DNA of 64,000 nt from a virus (lineage: Duplodnaviria; Caudoviricetes): IMG/VR virus record IMGVR_UViG_3300035208_002115; one strand, written 5' to 3'. How positions within the stretch are numbered: the stretch's first letter is position 1; each line of letters begins with the position of its first letter. Positions 52,372 through 62,159 of this stretch are shown piece after piece. The position numbers and the translations under genes were made by a program. The notes beneath the pieces are model-generated. The model was given only the letters and a program-made list of their open reading frames with translations, did not search any database and was not told the DNA's origin.

Positions 52372-53296
52372 TTAAAATTCAGGAAATAACTCTTTTATTT
52401 TTTCTGCCCTGACTCTTTTCAATTCGGGTAATGTCCAAAACGCTTGTCCTTTTGAATATGAGAAATCTCTATCATTAACTACCTTATACATTCTATCTTC
52501 AAATGTGATATAATAATTGTTAAATTGTGTTTTATATACATCAGATTCTTTACCGTTGATAGTTATATTATCATCCCATGCATATTCAAGTTCAACTTTT
52601 CTTAGAATAAGATTTATTTCTGTATCATCTTCGTCATAAATTCTCGAAACGGGTTTAGTTGGGAGTTTTTTATTCGGCATTTTTTTACCTGTCGATACAA
52701 AATAAAAATATGTATTTTCTATCACTTTTTCCGAATGCTTTCTTACATCTGTTTCAAGTTTTTTATAAACAAACCTAATATATTTCAGCAATTCTAATTC
52801 TTTTAGAATTTGTAAGACCTTTTCATTTTTTTCGTGATAACCCAGCAACATACCAGTTTTTCTTTTGGTATAATATCTTCGATAATATTTTCTATGTAAA
52901 TCTGTTATTTCGATGTTATTTTTCATTATTTTATGATTTAAATTCATCATTAAATATTTCATCTAAAGCGAGAATTCTTCGTCCAATTTTTTTCTCATTC
53001 CATAAAGATTGTTCTGAAAAATTAATAAATCTAAGACTCCTATACCAATTATTATTATATTGAATATAAGCTGAACTAATATTGTGTCCAGAAGACTGTA
53101 ATAATGTACATTCTTTTCTATTTATGAAAATTATAGATTTAATAAGATAAGGGAAAAATTTTTTGTGTTTCGATAAATTGAATGACACTTCACAAAATTC
53201 ATATTCCCCATCATTTATATCATATAGAAACATACTCATTATATTATAAATATTTATCAAAAATAATAAGATATAATGTATAAAAAAAATCATCAA
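52372..53296 (-). CDS. Two hypothetical genes (52372-52962, 52931-53296)
   Basis: C-termini VRAEKIKELFPEF and RRILALDEIF. Confidence 0.5.
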
Positions 53297-53412
53297 GAAT
53301 AATTCGGACTTATATTTTTAAATATATAGATAAAAATTAAAACTAATCATGGTGGTGCTTTTACATATCTTAAAAGAAATAATTTAATTTTAAAGTGTAC
53401 AGAATATATAAA

Positions 53413-53442
53413 AAAGAACCAGATTTAAATCTGGTTCTTTTT
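53413..53442. terminator. Intrinsic terminator after phoH
   Basis: aaagaaccagattt/aaatctggttcttt perfect palindrome. Confidence 0.7.
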
Positions 53443-53446
53443 ATTT

Positions 53447-54232
53447 TTAATATTTATCTAATATATCTTTTATAATTGGGTTTCTAACAATATCTTCATT
53501 ATCAAATTCAAAAACCCCGATTTTTTCTATCGATTTCAATCGTTCAAATGCATCATACAATCCACTTTCTTTAACATCTTTAAATCTATCAACTTGTTCC
53601 ATGTCACCTGATATTATAAATTTAGAATTATATCCTATACGAGTTAGAACTGTTTTCATCGATTTTTTTGTTGAATTCTGAGCTTCTTCAAAAATCATTA
53701 TGCAATTATCTAAGTTACAACCTCTTAGAAACCCAAGTGCTAAAGGTTTTATGATTTCTTTTTCGATTAATTTTTCTCTTGCTTGTTTACCTATTAATTT
53801 ATCTATGATATAATAAGTTGAAAATAGATATTCTGAAAGTTTATCATTTATGTCACCGGGGAGAAATCCATAAGATTCCTCTGATTCCACAGCAGGTGTA
53901 ATAATATAAATTTTATCATATGAATTATCTGGTTTCTGTAAAAGTTTTAAAGCTTCTACTATCGATAAATATGACTTACCAACACCAGCCGGGCCTTTAC
54001 AGATAATGATTTCCTTCTCATCTATTAAATTTATAAAATCTTTTTGTTTTTTATTTTTACATTTTACTATTAATCTTTTACCTATTAACACTTCAGTTTT
54101 ATGTTTATTTGTTAATTCGAGAACCTGTTCACCGTTTGTGATAGTTTCATAGTCACCACTAATTCTGGATTTTAAAGCTGTTGTACTTAAAAACTGATAG
54201 TTGTTGTTAGGTTTACCGTTTTTCTTTGACAT
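53447..54232 (-). CDS. phoH: PhoH-family ATPase
   Basis: GPAGVGKS, GFLPGD, FLRG, EAQN, LTRIG, SGDMEQ, DIVRNP. Confidence 0.95.
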   Translation of the reverse strand: MSKKNGKPNNNYQFLSTTALKSRISGDYETITNGEQVLELTNKHKTEVLIGKRLIVKCKNKKQKDFINLIDEKEIIICKGPAGVGKSYLSIVEALKLLQKPDNSYDKIYIITPAVESEESYGFLPGDINDKLSEYLFSTYYIIDKLIGKQAREKLIEKEIIKPLALGFLRGCNLDNCIMIFEEAQNSTKKSMKTVLTRIGYNSKFIISGDMEQVDRFKDVKESGLYDAFERLKSIEKIGVFEFDNEDIVRNPIIKDILDKY

Positions 54233-54570
54233 AATAGAGTCTTTGTTTTTAATTCCATTTTACTGGAATAATGACTTACTTAAAATAAAAAAGCACAAGA
54301 CAACCGTTTTCACTTTTCAATCCTGTTTTCAAACGAATTATTCGAAATAGTTCCGTTAAAACTTAGATTTTTATGGTTTCTTGTGCTTTCTATTGTAATC
54401 ATATTTAGTGTATCCATAATACATAATTATATATTAATAGTGCCATTATGAGATTTTTCTAAGAAAAATAAAAATATTTTTTATACTGGTGAATATCAAC
54501 AAAATAATATTTAGTCAATATATAAGATAATAAAATATATTTTTCTTTTTTTTAAGAATAAAATAAACGC

Positions 54571-54849
54571 ATGAATAACAAGGTAATAGCTGGGAAGATA
54601 ATTAATAAAGAACTTGGAAATAAACTTTTAAAAATAGATTTAAATAGTATTAAGTATATAACAATTGCTGGTACAAGTAAAATTGATGGAATGCCATTTA
54701 TAATAATTAGTAAAAATATACTTAGGAGAATGAAAATAAATGAATTATTTTCAGATTTTAATGATTGTGTAATATCTGATATTGAAAGAGAAATATTAAA
54801 AGCCTTTGAAGATAATAATAAAGAAATACTTGAAATCATAATGATATAA
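54571..54849 (+). CDS. Small hypothetical protein with RxxKI motif
   Basis: LRRMKINELF; followed by hairpin aaaagccactt/aagtggctttt. Confidence 0.5.
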   Translation: MNNKVIAGKIINKELGNKLLKIDLNSIKYITIAGTSKIDGMPFIIISKNILRRMKINELFSDFNDCVISDIEREILKAFEDNNKEILEIIMI

Positions 54850-54916
54850 AAAAGCCACTTAAAAAGTGGCTTTTTCATTGAACTTAACTTAACTTAAAAA
54901 TCCCTATGAAAAATTT

Positions 54917-56143
54917 TTAAACATTCTCTGTATATGTAGTATCAGTAGTATCAGTTGTTTCTTTTACTCTGTTTTTATCATATAAAGACAGGTATATTTT
55001 TCTGTCATCTTTTAAAACATTGACTACTTTCACACTGATTTTATCGTTTTGAGAAAGATGTTTTTTGTATTTATTCAAATAACTTATCTGAATTAAACCA
55101 ATTGTTTCATAATCAAGCTTAACTAAAGCTCCAAATGGTTTCATTGCTACAACTTCTCCATCCAGTATCATTCCAACTTTAATGGTGTCCCAAAGTGAAT
55201 CATCTAAAGTTTGGGTCAATATAATTTTGCTATTTTTTGTGATTTCTTTGATATAAAACACCATCAGTGTTCCTGGTTTTATTTCCTCAATCCTATCTCT
55301 CCAGTCAGAATTCACATTTGCTTTGTGAATCATACCTGTTAAACAACCATCGAATTGAACAAATACACCAAATGGGGTTGTACCAGTAACTAAACCCTCA
55401 TATTTTTCTTCAAAACTCAGTTTGTTCATTTTTTCAGGTATCAGAGTACGTAGATATTTTTTCCTACTTACAACGTATACACCTTTTTCCTGTTGCATAG
55501 TTTCCAACAATACATTTATTTCCTTACCTAATAAAACATTCGGGTCGTATAACCTATTTACATCAGCCAATGTATTAGGCATAAATGCACCAACTTTAAC
55601 TTTATCTATTTCCATAGACAACATAAAACCTGCTGGTATTATTTCATTGACAACAGCTACTATTGGTGTGTTTTCTTCAAAATATGTTCTGATTTTAGTA
55701 TCAACATTTCTTCTTAATAAATCCATGATTGAACCTCTAATCATGAAAATTGGTTTACTTTGTATTTCTTTTATCAGAACGTCAATAACATCACCCTCTT
55801 TGAATGATTTTAGTGTAGGCCAGTCCGATAGTTTATTTTCGACATAGATATAATCCTTATAATTGAAATCGATTTGCATTTCCCTCTTGGTCATAAATCG
55901 AATTTGACCTGTTACTACCATCCCTTCTTCTACTTTCTTATCGAAAGAATGCAACCCATCATACAACGATAGTTTGTATTCTTGTTCATTTGTTAAGTTG
56001 GCATTTTCTTTATTTTTATAACTAAAAATATGTTCTCTGCCATTTAAAATAGAATTCCAATCAAAATTATCATTCCCATCAACTTGATTAGATGTTTTTA
56101 GCTCATTGCTAATTTCTCCCTTTATTTTTTGTTCCATATCCAT
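54917..56143 (-). CDS. rpsA: Ribosomal protein S1-like protein (about four S1 domains)
   Basis: AFMP...VVSRK; GLVTGTTPFGVFV...GMIH; GEVVAMKPFGALV...KIYLSL. Confidence 0.85.
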   Translation of the reverse strand: MDMEQKIKGEISNELKTSNQVDGNDNFDWNSILNGREHIFSYKNKENANLTNEQEYKLSLYDGLHSFDKKVEEGMVVTGQIRFMTKREMQIDFNYKDYIYVENKLSDWPTLKSFKEGDVIDVLIKEIQSKPIFMIRGSIMDLLRRNVDTKIRTYFEENTPIVAVVNEIIPAGFMLSMEIDKVKVGAFMPNTLADVNRLYDPNVLLGKEINVLLETMQQEKGVYVVSRKKYLRTLIPEKMNKLSFEEKYEGLVTGTTPFGVFVQFDGCLTGMIHKANVNSDWRDRIEEIKPGTLMVFYIKEITKNSKIILTQTLDDSLWDTIKVGMILDGEVVAMKPFGALVKLDYETIGLIQISYLNKYKKHLSQNDKISVKVVNVLKDDRKIYLSLYDKNRVKETTDTTDTTYTENV

Positions 56144-56213
56144 GAATTAATTAATTGTTTTAATTACTTGTAGTGGTGGGATGTTTAAAAGTTTTTATTT
56201 TTAAGAAAAAAAT

Positions 56214-56825
56214 TTATATCCTATGTTTTGGTTCATTTATAGGTATATCAAAAATGTTTTTGTCGGGTGTGTTCGGTTTATCTCCAATTTTCCAGAGAAT
56301 GTCGATAAAATTATATAGAAATGTTATAGAAAACGTTTTTTCAGATATATCCATCACATGATAACTTAATCTATTTTCTGATATAGATTTTAGTAAATTT
56401 TCTTTGAATACAACAGCATATATAACATCACCATTTTTATCTAAGATGTCAAGATTAAAAATTGGTATATATTGAGTATCATTATTTAAATAATATTCAT
56501 TTAATATTTCCACTAACATAAAATAATTAATATGAGCATCTACGCTTCTGAATGTTATATCAAGTTCTCTTGTAAAATTATCAAACACAGACCCAGCATT
56601 TTTCCAATGTACCTCTTTACCCCTTTTTAATATTTGGGTTGATGTGTTAAATTGGATGGATGGGAATGTTATTTCTTTTATTGTACTATTAATATAATCC
56701 AATACACCATCATATGGTATAAAATTTTTATCCATAAAAATAAGCATACGTTCTTCTATTTCTTTTGGAATGAAATCACTCGGAAAATTGAATACGAATT
56801 GGTTATTTTGTGATGATAGTCTCAT
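56214..56825 (-). CDS. Conserved hypothetical, probably tail/baseplate protein
   Basis: Tail-tube-like beta pattern (ELDITFR...FSITFLYN); co-transcribed with a large ORF behind a TAATATATA motif. Confidence 0.4.
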   Translation of the reverse strand: MRLSSQNNQFVFNFPSDFIPKEIEERMLIFMDKNFIPYDGVLDYINSTIKEITFPSIQFNTSTQILKRGKEVHWKNAGSVFDNFTRELDITFRSVDAHINYFMLVEILNEYYLNNDTQYIPIFNLDILDKNGDVIYAVVFKENLLKSISENRLSYHVMDISEKTFSITFLYNFIDILWKIGDKPNTPDKNIFDIPINEPKHRI

Positions 56826-56828
56826 ATG

Positions 56829-59072
56829 TTATAATATATCTTTTAATTTTATTGTTTTTGAAATACCATTAGCAACATATTTTATTAAAGTTGGTGAATT
56901 CTTTGTTGTTTGTGTAGTGTTCAATTTATTTAATTTTTCATCAATGGCCTTTTTAACTTGACTTTCTGTTATAGTATTATTTGTTTTAGCACTTTGGTTT
57001 TGACCATCATAAATATCTATTCTTATTACTTTACTAATAAATTCGGTTTTCTTTTCTATAACAGTAACTTTCAATAAATGAACAGCATTTATGTAATATA
57101 CATAATCATTATAAATCCACGTTTTAATACCAAGTGTTTTAATATATGTTTCAAAATCAGCTTTTACGATTTTCTTTTTAATAAAAATTAATAAATTAAA
57201 ATAATTTTTATTATTTTTTATTTGATTATTTGGTGTTGTTAAAGGTACGTTTACTGCTTTGAACTGAGAGTTTTGACTGACTTGTTTATCTAATTCTAAT
57301 TTTTTTATTTTTTGATTTAATAAACTAACAGTTTGGTTATATTTTTTATTTGTTGCTTCCAATTGTTTTTTATAAATATCAACACCAATACCAGTTCCAG
57401 CAGAAGTTACTGGTGACTTTGTAGTATTTTTAATATCTACAAATTTGATGTTTTCATAAAAATCATATTTTCCAGAATATAATAGTGTTCTACTATCATT
57501 TGAGTATAATATCAAATAGAAATTTTTAAATTTTTTATTGTATATACTTTTTATCGTTGCAATATCACTCTCTTTAATTTTAAATACCACATCTCCATTT
57601 TTAAAATCATTTTCATTAGATTGAGCAAAATAATCTATTTCCAATGTTTTAGCATCGGATTTAAATACCAGTTTAAGTTTAGCATTGTTTGATATTGTAA
57701 ATAAATCATAGGGTACAGGCTCACCCGTTTTATTATCAACAGCCGTTGCTAAACTAAATTTAACTATGTTATCAAACGGGGTAATAACAATGTTTAATAA
57801 ACCATTTGATTTATATTCACTATTAATAGAAACAGTACTATTAACCAGTAATTTATATTTATCATATAAAACTGGGTATGGAACTTTTGTTATACTGGTT
57901 GTATCATCATTTGAAGTGCCATTAATTATAATTGTTTCTGGTTTAGCTTTATAAATTTTAGGCTTAAATACAGAACTGTCCAGATTAATTCGGGATAATG
58001 TTTTACCATATTTAAATATACTTTTTGTTAATCCAATTGAAGCATAACGTTCAATTTGATTATTATTCACTAAATCTTTGACATTCATTTGAACATCAAT
58101 AGCTGCTGTTGTATTTGAAAACCGTATAATTGGTCTGTATAAAAGTTTTTGAGAAAAGTTTTCATTTACAACAAATGTCTGAGGATACCCACTTTGAATG
58201 TTTTCTTCAAATAATGTAATAACATATTCTAATTCAATACGTTTTCCTTTAGCTTCAACATCGCTTACGAAATCATCCAAATTTTCATTAGTACCTTTGT
58301 ATATTCCATATATTTCAAAAAAATCTCCCTGAGTTGATTCAACTATTTCCACTCCCAGTGATTGGTATTCTGGTTGTTGTGGTACTGATGTTTCAAATGT
58401 TTCACCTAATCTGTAATATAATTTATTTAAAACAACTTCACCTGTTACAATGTATGAAAAATCTATAAAAATTGGAGCTGATTGACTTAATCCAACACCG
58501 TTTGTTAAATTATAATTTATAGTATTAGGTATTACAGTATTCGAAGTATCATTAATTATTCGGTCTTTGGCTATATTATATATAGATGGAATATCTAATG
58601 TAATACTTTTTCCCCATAACTTTTCATCATAAGTAAAGGGTGTTTCTAAATTAATCATACCAATATTATCATCGAGAGCTATATCATAATAAAATTTACA
58701 AATTGAATGTATGTTTTCGTTTGCATAATCCAACGTGTAAATATCTAAATGAAATCCCCTATATGTGTTGAAAACATAATTAACAGGAAAATATAATTTT
58801 ATTTTATCATGTGATAAAGGATTACCTGCATAATTTTGTTTTTTTAAGAAATTAAAAGATTCAGTATTAAACTGTGAATATTTCTTAACTACTTTATCGA
58901 CACAAAATAATGTATGGTCTTCACTATTAAGTGGAAGAAATGATACATAATCTCTTGTACCTAAGTTTAAATTGGAAAGGACTGAATAATTTTCATTTTT
59001 TATATTATTATCATCGTATGTCCATTCAAGTAAAACATTAATGTCAAGCTTTATCCTTTTAGTAATCGCCAT
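56829..59072 (-). CDS. Large hypothetical, probably virion protein
   Basis: 747 aa; TAATATATA at 59095-59103. Confidence 0.55.
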   Translation of the reverse strand: MAITKRIKLDINVLLEWTYDDNNIKNENYSVLSNLNLGTRDYVSFLPLNSEDHTLFCVDKVVKKYSQFNTESFNFLKKQNYAGNPLSHDKIKLYFPVNYVFNTYRGFHLDIYTLDYANENIHSICKFYYDIALDDNIGMINLETPFTYDEKLWGKSITLDIPSIYNIAKDRIINDTSNTVIPNTINYNLTNGVGLSQSAPIFIDFSYIVTGEVVLNKLYYRLGETFETSVPQQPEYQSLGVEIVESTQGDFFEIYGIYKGTNENLDDFVSDVEAKGKRIELEYVITLFEENIQSGYPQTFVVNENFSQKLLYRPIIRFSNTTAAIDVQMNVKDLVNNNQIERYASIGLTKSIFKYGKTLSRINLDSSVFKPKIYKAKPETIIINGTSNDDTTSITKVPYPVLYDKYKLLVNSTVSINSEYKSNGLLNIVITPFDNIVKFSLATAVDNKTGEPVPYDLFTISNNAKLKLVFKSDAKTLEIDYFAQSNENDFKNGDVVFKIKESDIATIKSIYNKKFKNFYLILYSNDSRTLLYSGKYDFYENIKFVDIKNTTKSPVTSAGTGIGVDIYKKQLEATNKKYNQTVSLLNQKIKKLELDKQVSQNSQFKAVNVPLTTPNNQIKNNKNYFNLLIFIKKKIVKADFETYIKTLGIKTWIYNDYVYYINAVHLLKVTVIEKKTEFISKVIRIDIYDGQNQSAKTNNTITESQVKKAIDEKLNKLNTTQTTKNSPTLIKYVANGISKTIKLKDIL

Positions 59073-59180
59073 TAATTCATTGATTAATTTTTAATATATA
59101 TTAAATTAGAAATATCTACCTTATATATTAAAAAATAAATCTTATCAATTTAATATATAAATAAAAATAAAAATAATTTT

Positions 59181-60142
59181 ATGGCACTTTTAGTATCTTC
59201 AGGAATAACCATATTTAGAGATATAAGTTTAGAAACTCTTTATATTAGGTTGGATATAAATTTCATACAATCTGGTAATGAAATAGTGATAACACCACAC
59301 CCATATACATCTAAACAAGCTTTTAAAGAAAGTAGATTCAATAATGAATTAATTATGAGAGGTTTCGACCCCATTTCAATTGAATATAATTATGAAATAG
59401 ATGGTGATATGATATTACATGCACACAATAGTTTCGTTGAATATGTTAATAATAATTTAACAGATTTAATACCAATCAACTCTACAATAATTATTGATTT
59501 AGATTAAAAATATTTTTATTTTATGAAAGTAAAAAAATTTGAAATGTTCATGAATGAGAGTATTGCTTCAATATTCAATTATACCAGAACATATAGCGAT
59601 GATGTTAGTAGGTCACTTATTGATGTTATTATGAGAGCTAATAAAGTTTCTGAAAAAAGTTTCAACCAAGTCGATTCTATTATGGCTAATGTCAAAGAAT
59701 TATTAACTAACAATAATGAAGCTAAAGATGTTATAGCTGAATTTGAATCCGAAAATAAAAGAGCAGAGTTTTGTGCCGAATATATTTACCATTATATTAT
59801 AAATAAAAAATAAAATTTATGTATTCATTTGAACAATTTCAATTACTGGAGAAACGTAATCGGTATCAAGAAAATAAAAAATCTTTACACCTGAGTAGGA
59901 AAATATCAGATAAAATGAAAGAATTGATAGAACCATTGATGAATACTGGTTCTAAAGTTAGAAATGGTTTTGTGACAGGACTTAAAAAGCCTTTTGGTTT
60001 ATCTAAAAAGATGGGTGGTATTGGTCTTGGTGCTGATAAGGATGGATTTTTTGTTTATACTCATAGAGCATCCAGTGAAAGATACGCTTCTCCAGAAGCA
60101 ATTCCTGAAAAGGATATAAAATTTATACAAAGTACAGGATAA
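59181..60142 (+). CDS. Three small putative late genes (59181-59507, 59523-59813, 59819-60142), the last two tagged
   Basis: TAATATATA at 59151-59159; MKVKKFEMFMNE; MYSFEQFQLLE. Confidence 0.6.
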
Positions 60143-60708
60143 TGGAAGAATTAAAATATATAAAAACATTTGAAACGTATGTTCATTCAAATTATAATGT
60201 TGATATGAACAATCCTATTGATTTATTAAAAGACTATCCAAATTTATTTTATTCAGAACCAACACCTGAAATGTTGAAAGAATTTAATAAAATAATAAAT
60301 CCAAATAAAAATCAGTATCAACCAAAAATTAGACCCGTGAAATTATATCATGGTACATCGGCTAATATTGATATTTTAAAAGATGGGTTATTAACTACAA
60401 AAATGAAAACTAAAAAATCTATGCAATCTCAAACTGGATATGTTTATTTATCTATTTTTCCAGATATGGCTAAAACTTTTGGGGATATAGCATATCCATA
60501 TGATGATATTGTGGTTTATGAAGTTGTAGTGCCAATTTATTTATTACAAGCTGATAAAGACCAATTAAGAAATCAACGTGCATACGCAGGTAGGGACACT
60601 GGTGATTCATTAGCTGAAAGTGCATTATATGGTCATGGTTTCAGGGTTAAAGGTGATATACCACCTTATATGATTAGTGTGTATAAAAAATATCCGAGAA
60701 ACAAATGA
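60142..60708 (+). CDS. ADP-ribosyltransferase-like protein with N-terminal tag
   Basis: LYHGT...ILKDGL...VYLS...A..F; LKYIKTFETY. Confidence 0.65.
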   Translation: MEELKYIKTFETYVHSNYNVDMNNPIDLLKDYPNLFYSEPTPEMLKEFNKIINPNKNQYQPKIRPVKLYHGTSANIDILKDGLLTTKMKTKKSMQSQTGYVYLSIFPDMAKTFGDIAYPYDDIVVYEVVVPIYLLQADKDQLRNQRAYAGRDTGDSLAESALYGHGFRVKGDIPPYMISVYKKYPRNK

Positions 60709-61532
60709 TTACCAAACAAGAAGGTTTAGAAAGTTTAATGGATAGTGCCAAAAGACATGGTTTTACTTTTGAAAAAGACAGTAAAAATAATATTATAGTG
60801 TATCACGGTACAAGTGAATTTGCTGCTAAACAAATTGAAGCAACTAAATATTTCAAGGACGGTTTCTTTTTTCATAGTGATGAAGGTAGTTTTGAAAGTG
60901 ATTTCGATAATGTGTGGAATTATGCTACAATTAGAGCTGGACAAAAAGGTGAAAAAGGAAACGGTGAAGTTTTAACTATGGTAGTTGACCCAAGATGTTT
61001 ATTAATTAATGGTGCTGGTGAAACGGAATCGGATGGCGACCTATACTTAGATACAGATGATGTATGGAAAACTAAAGAATATCTAAATAAAAATATAAAA
61101 GAGGTTTCTAAGAATCCCGAATTAAGAACAAAAGAAGAAATAAAAAAGGTTATTGATGATGATTTAAATGTAATAGTTACTGATAAATTCGCTGAGTGGA
61201 TATTACAAACAGTTAGACATTATCTGTTTACTAAGAAAATTTCTTTAGATGGTGTTATTACTGCTATTTGTGGTGACTTAAACTATTTTTATGATATAAG
61301 TTATGATTATAAAGATTTTTTGGATGACCCAGACCCAGAAATGGTCGATGATATGAGTAAAATAAACACATTCAAAGATTTTATATCAACATGGGGTTAT
61401 ACAGATGAAAATTTTAAAGTATTACAAGATGTTTTATGGATGTTAAAAGACGATTTGAAAGTAAAACATATCGCTAATGTGATAACAGAAAACTTAAAAT
61501 ATATAAAACGATTTAAATATTTTAAAAGTTAA
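60705..61532 (+). CDS. ADP-ribosyltransferase-like protein with the tag at its C-terminus
   Basis: VYHGTS...FFF...YA...GE; ends TENLKYIKRFKYFKS. Confidence 0.55.
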   Translation: MITKQEGLESLMDSAKRHGFTFEKDSKNNIIVYHGTSEFAAKQIEATKYFKDGFFFHSDEGSFESDFDNVWNYATIRAGQKGEKGNGEVLTMVVDPRCLLINGAGETESDGDLYLDTDDVWKTKEYLNKNIKEVSKNPELRTKEEIKKVIDDDLNVIVTDKFAEWILQTVRHYLFTKKISLDGVITAICGDLNYFYDISYDYKDFLDDPDPEMVDDMSKINTFKDFISTWGYTDENFKVLQDVLWMLKDDLKVKHIANVITENLKYIKRFKYFKS

Positions 61533-61556
61533 AGGTCAGATTTCTCTGACCTTTTT
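61531..61556. terminator. Bidirectional terminator
   Basis: aaaggtcaga/tctgaccttt between convergent genes. Confidence 0.7.
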
Positions 61557-61571
61557 GTGTAAATAATCTCG

Positions 61572-61814
61572 TTATATTTTTTTACTAAGAGAACATGTCT
61601 TAATAGAATCTGGTTTTGGTCTATGACCAATTACTACAACTTCATCAAGAAGAATTGTATTATGTAGTACGGGGTATCCGTTTATTGTATCGATTCTATC
61701 AATTGTATCAACTTTATCAAATGAATTTTTCGGGTTTGGTTTTGGTTGAATTTCACGAAATGTTAATAGTAATAATAGTGCAAACACAGAATAAACAATA
61801 ATAGTTTTTTTCAT
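61572..61814 (-). CDS. Small membrane-anchored or exported protein with TonB-box-like LDEVVVIG motif
   Basis: N-terminal hydrophobic signal; ILLDEVVVIGHR. Confidence 0.55.
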   Translation of the reverse strand: MKKTIIVYSVFALLLLLTFREIQPKPNPKNSFDKVDTIDRIDTINGYPVLHNTILLDEVVVIGHRPKPDSIKTCSLSKKI

Positions 61815-61976
61815 TGGGGGTTATATGGTTTTTTAATTAAGATTATACATCTTAATGAACCCCATTATACTGTAAATGCTGACTAAAGGTTATGTTTTTA
61901 TTGATAATAATTAATAAAAAAAAAAGTCAGAAATTTTCTGACTTTTTGGTAATTATTTTTACTCGCTCGATTATTT

Positions 61977-62159
61977 TTATTTAATAGAATCGGTTTTAAC
62001 TGAGTCAGCTATAATTGCTGTGGTATCTACTACAAAAGTAGTTGAATCAACAGCAGTGCTGTCTATACCTTCAGTTGTGGCGGTAGTTGAATTGTTACAA
62101 GCTAATGTTAATACTAATACAGTTGTAATAACAGTGATAAAATAAATAATTTTCTTCAT
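61977..62159 (-). CDS. Small Bacteroidota-type lipoprotein
   Basis: Lipobox TLAC; DSTAV/DTTA low-complexity repeats; terminator near 61923-61948. Confidence 0.7.
   Translation of the reverse strand: MKKIIYFITVITTVLVLTLACNNSTTATTEGIDSTAVDSTTFVVDTTAIIADSVKTDSIK

Noticed and set aside
1288-61801. Antisense or overlapping ORFs in the track (e.g. 1288, 1563, 7764, 9822, 11698, 14105, 24074, 43061, 54552, 55422, 60735)
   Set aside because: They are shadows of well-supported genes on the other strand or frame, with no motifs or expression signals.
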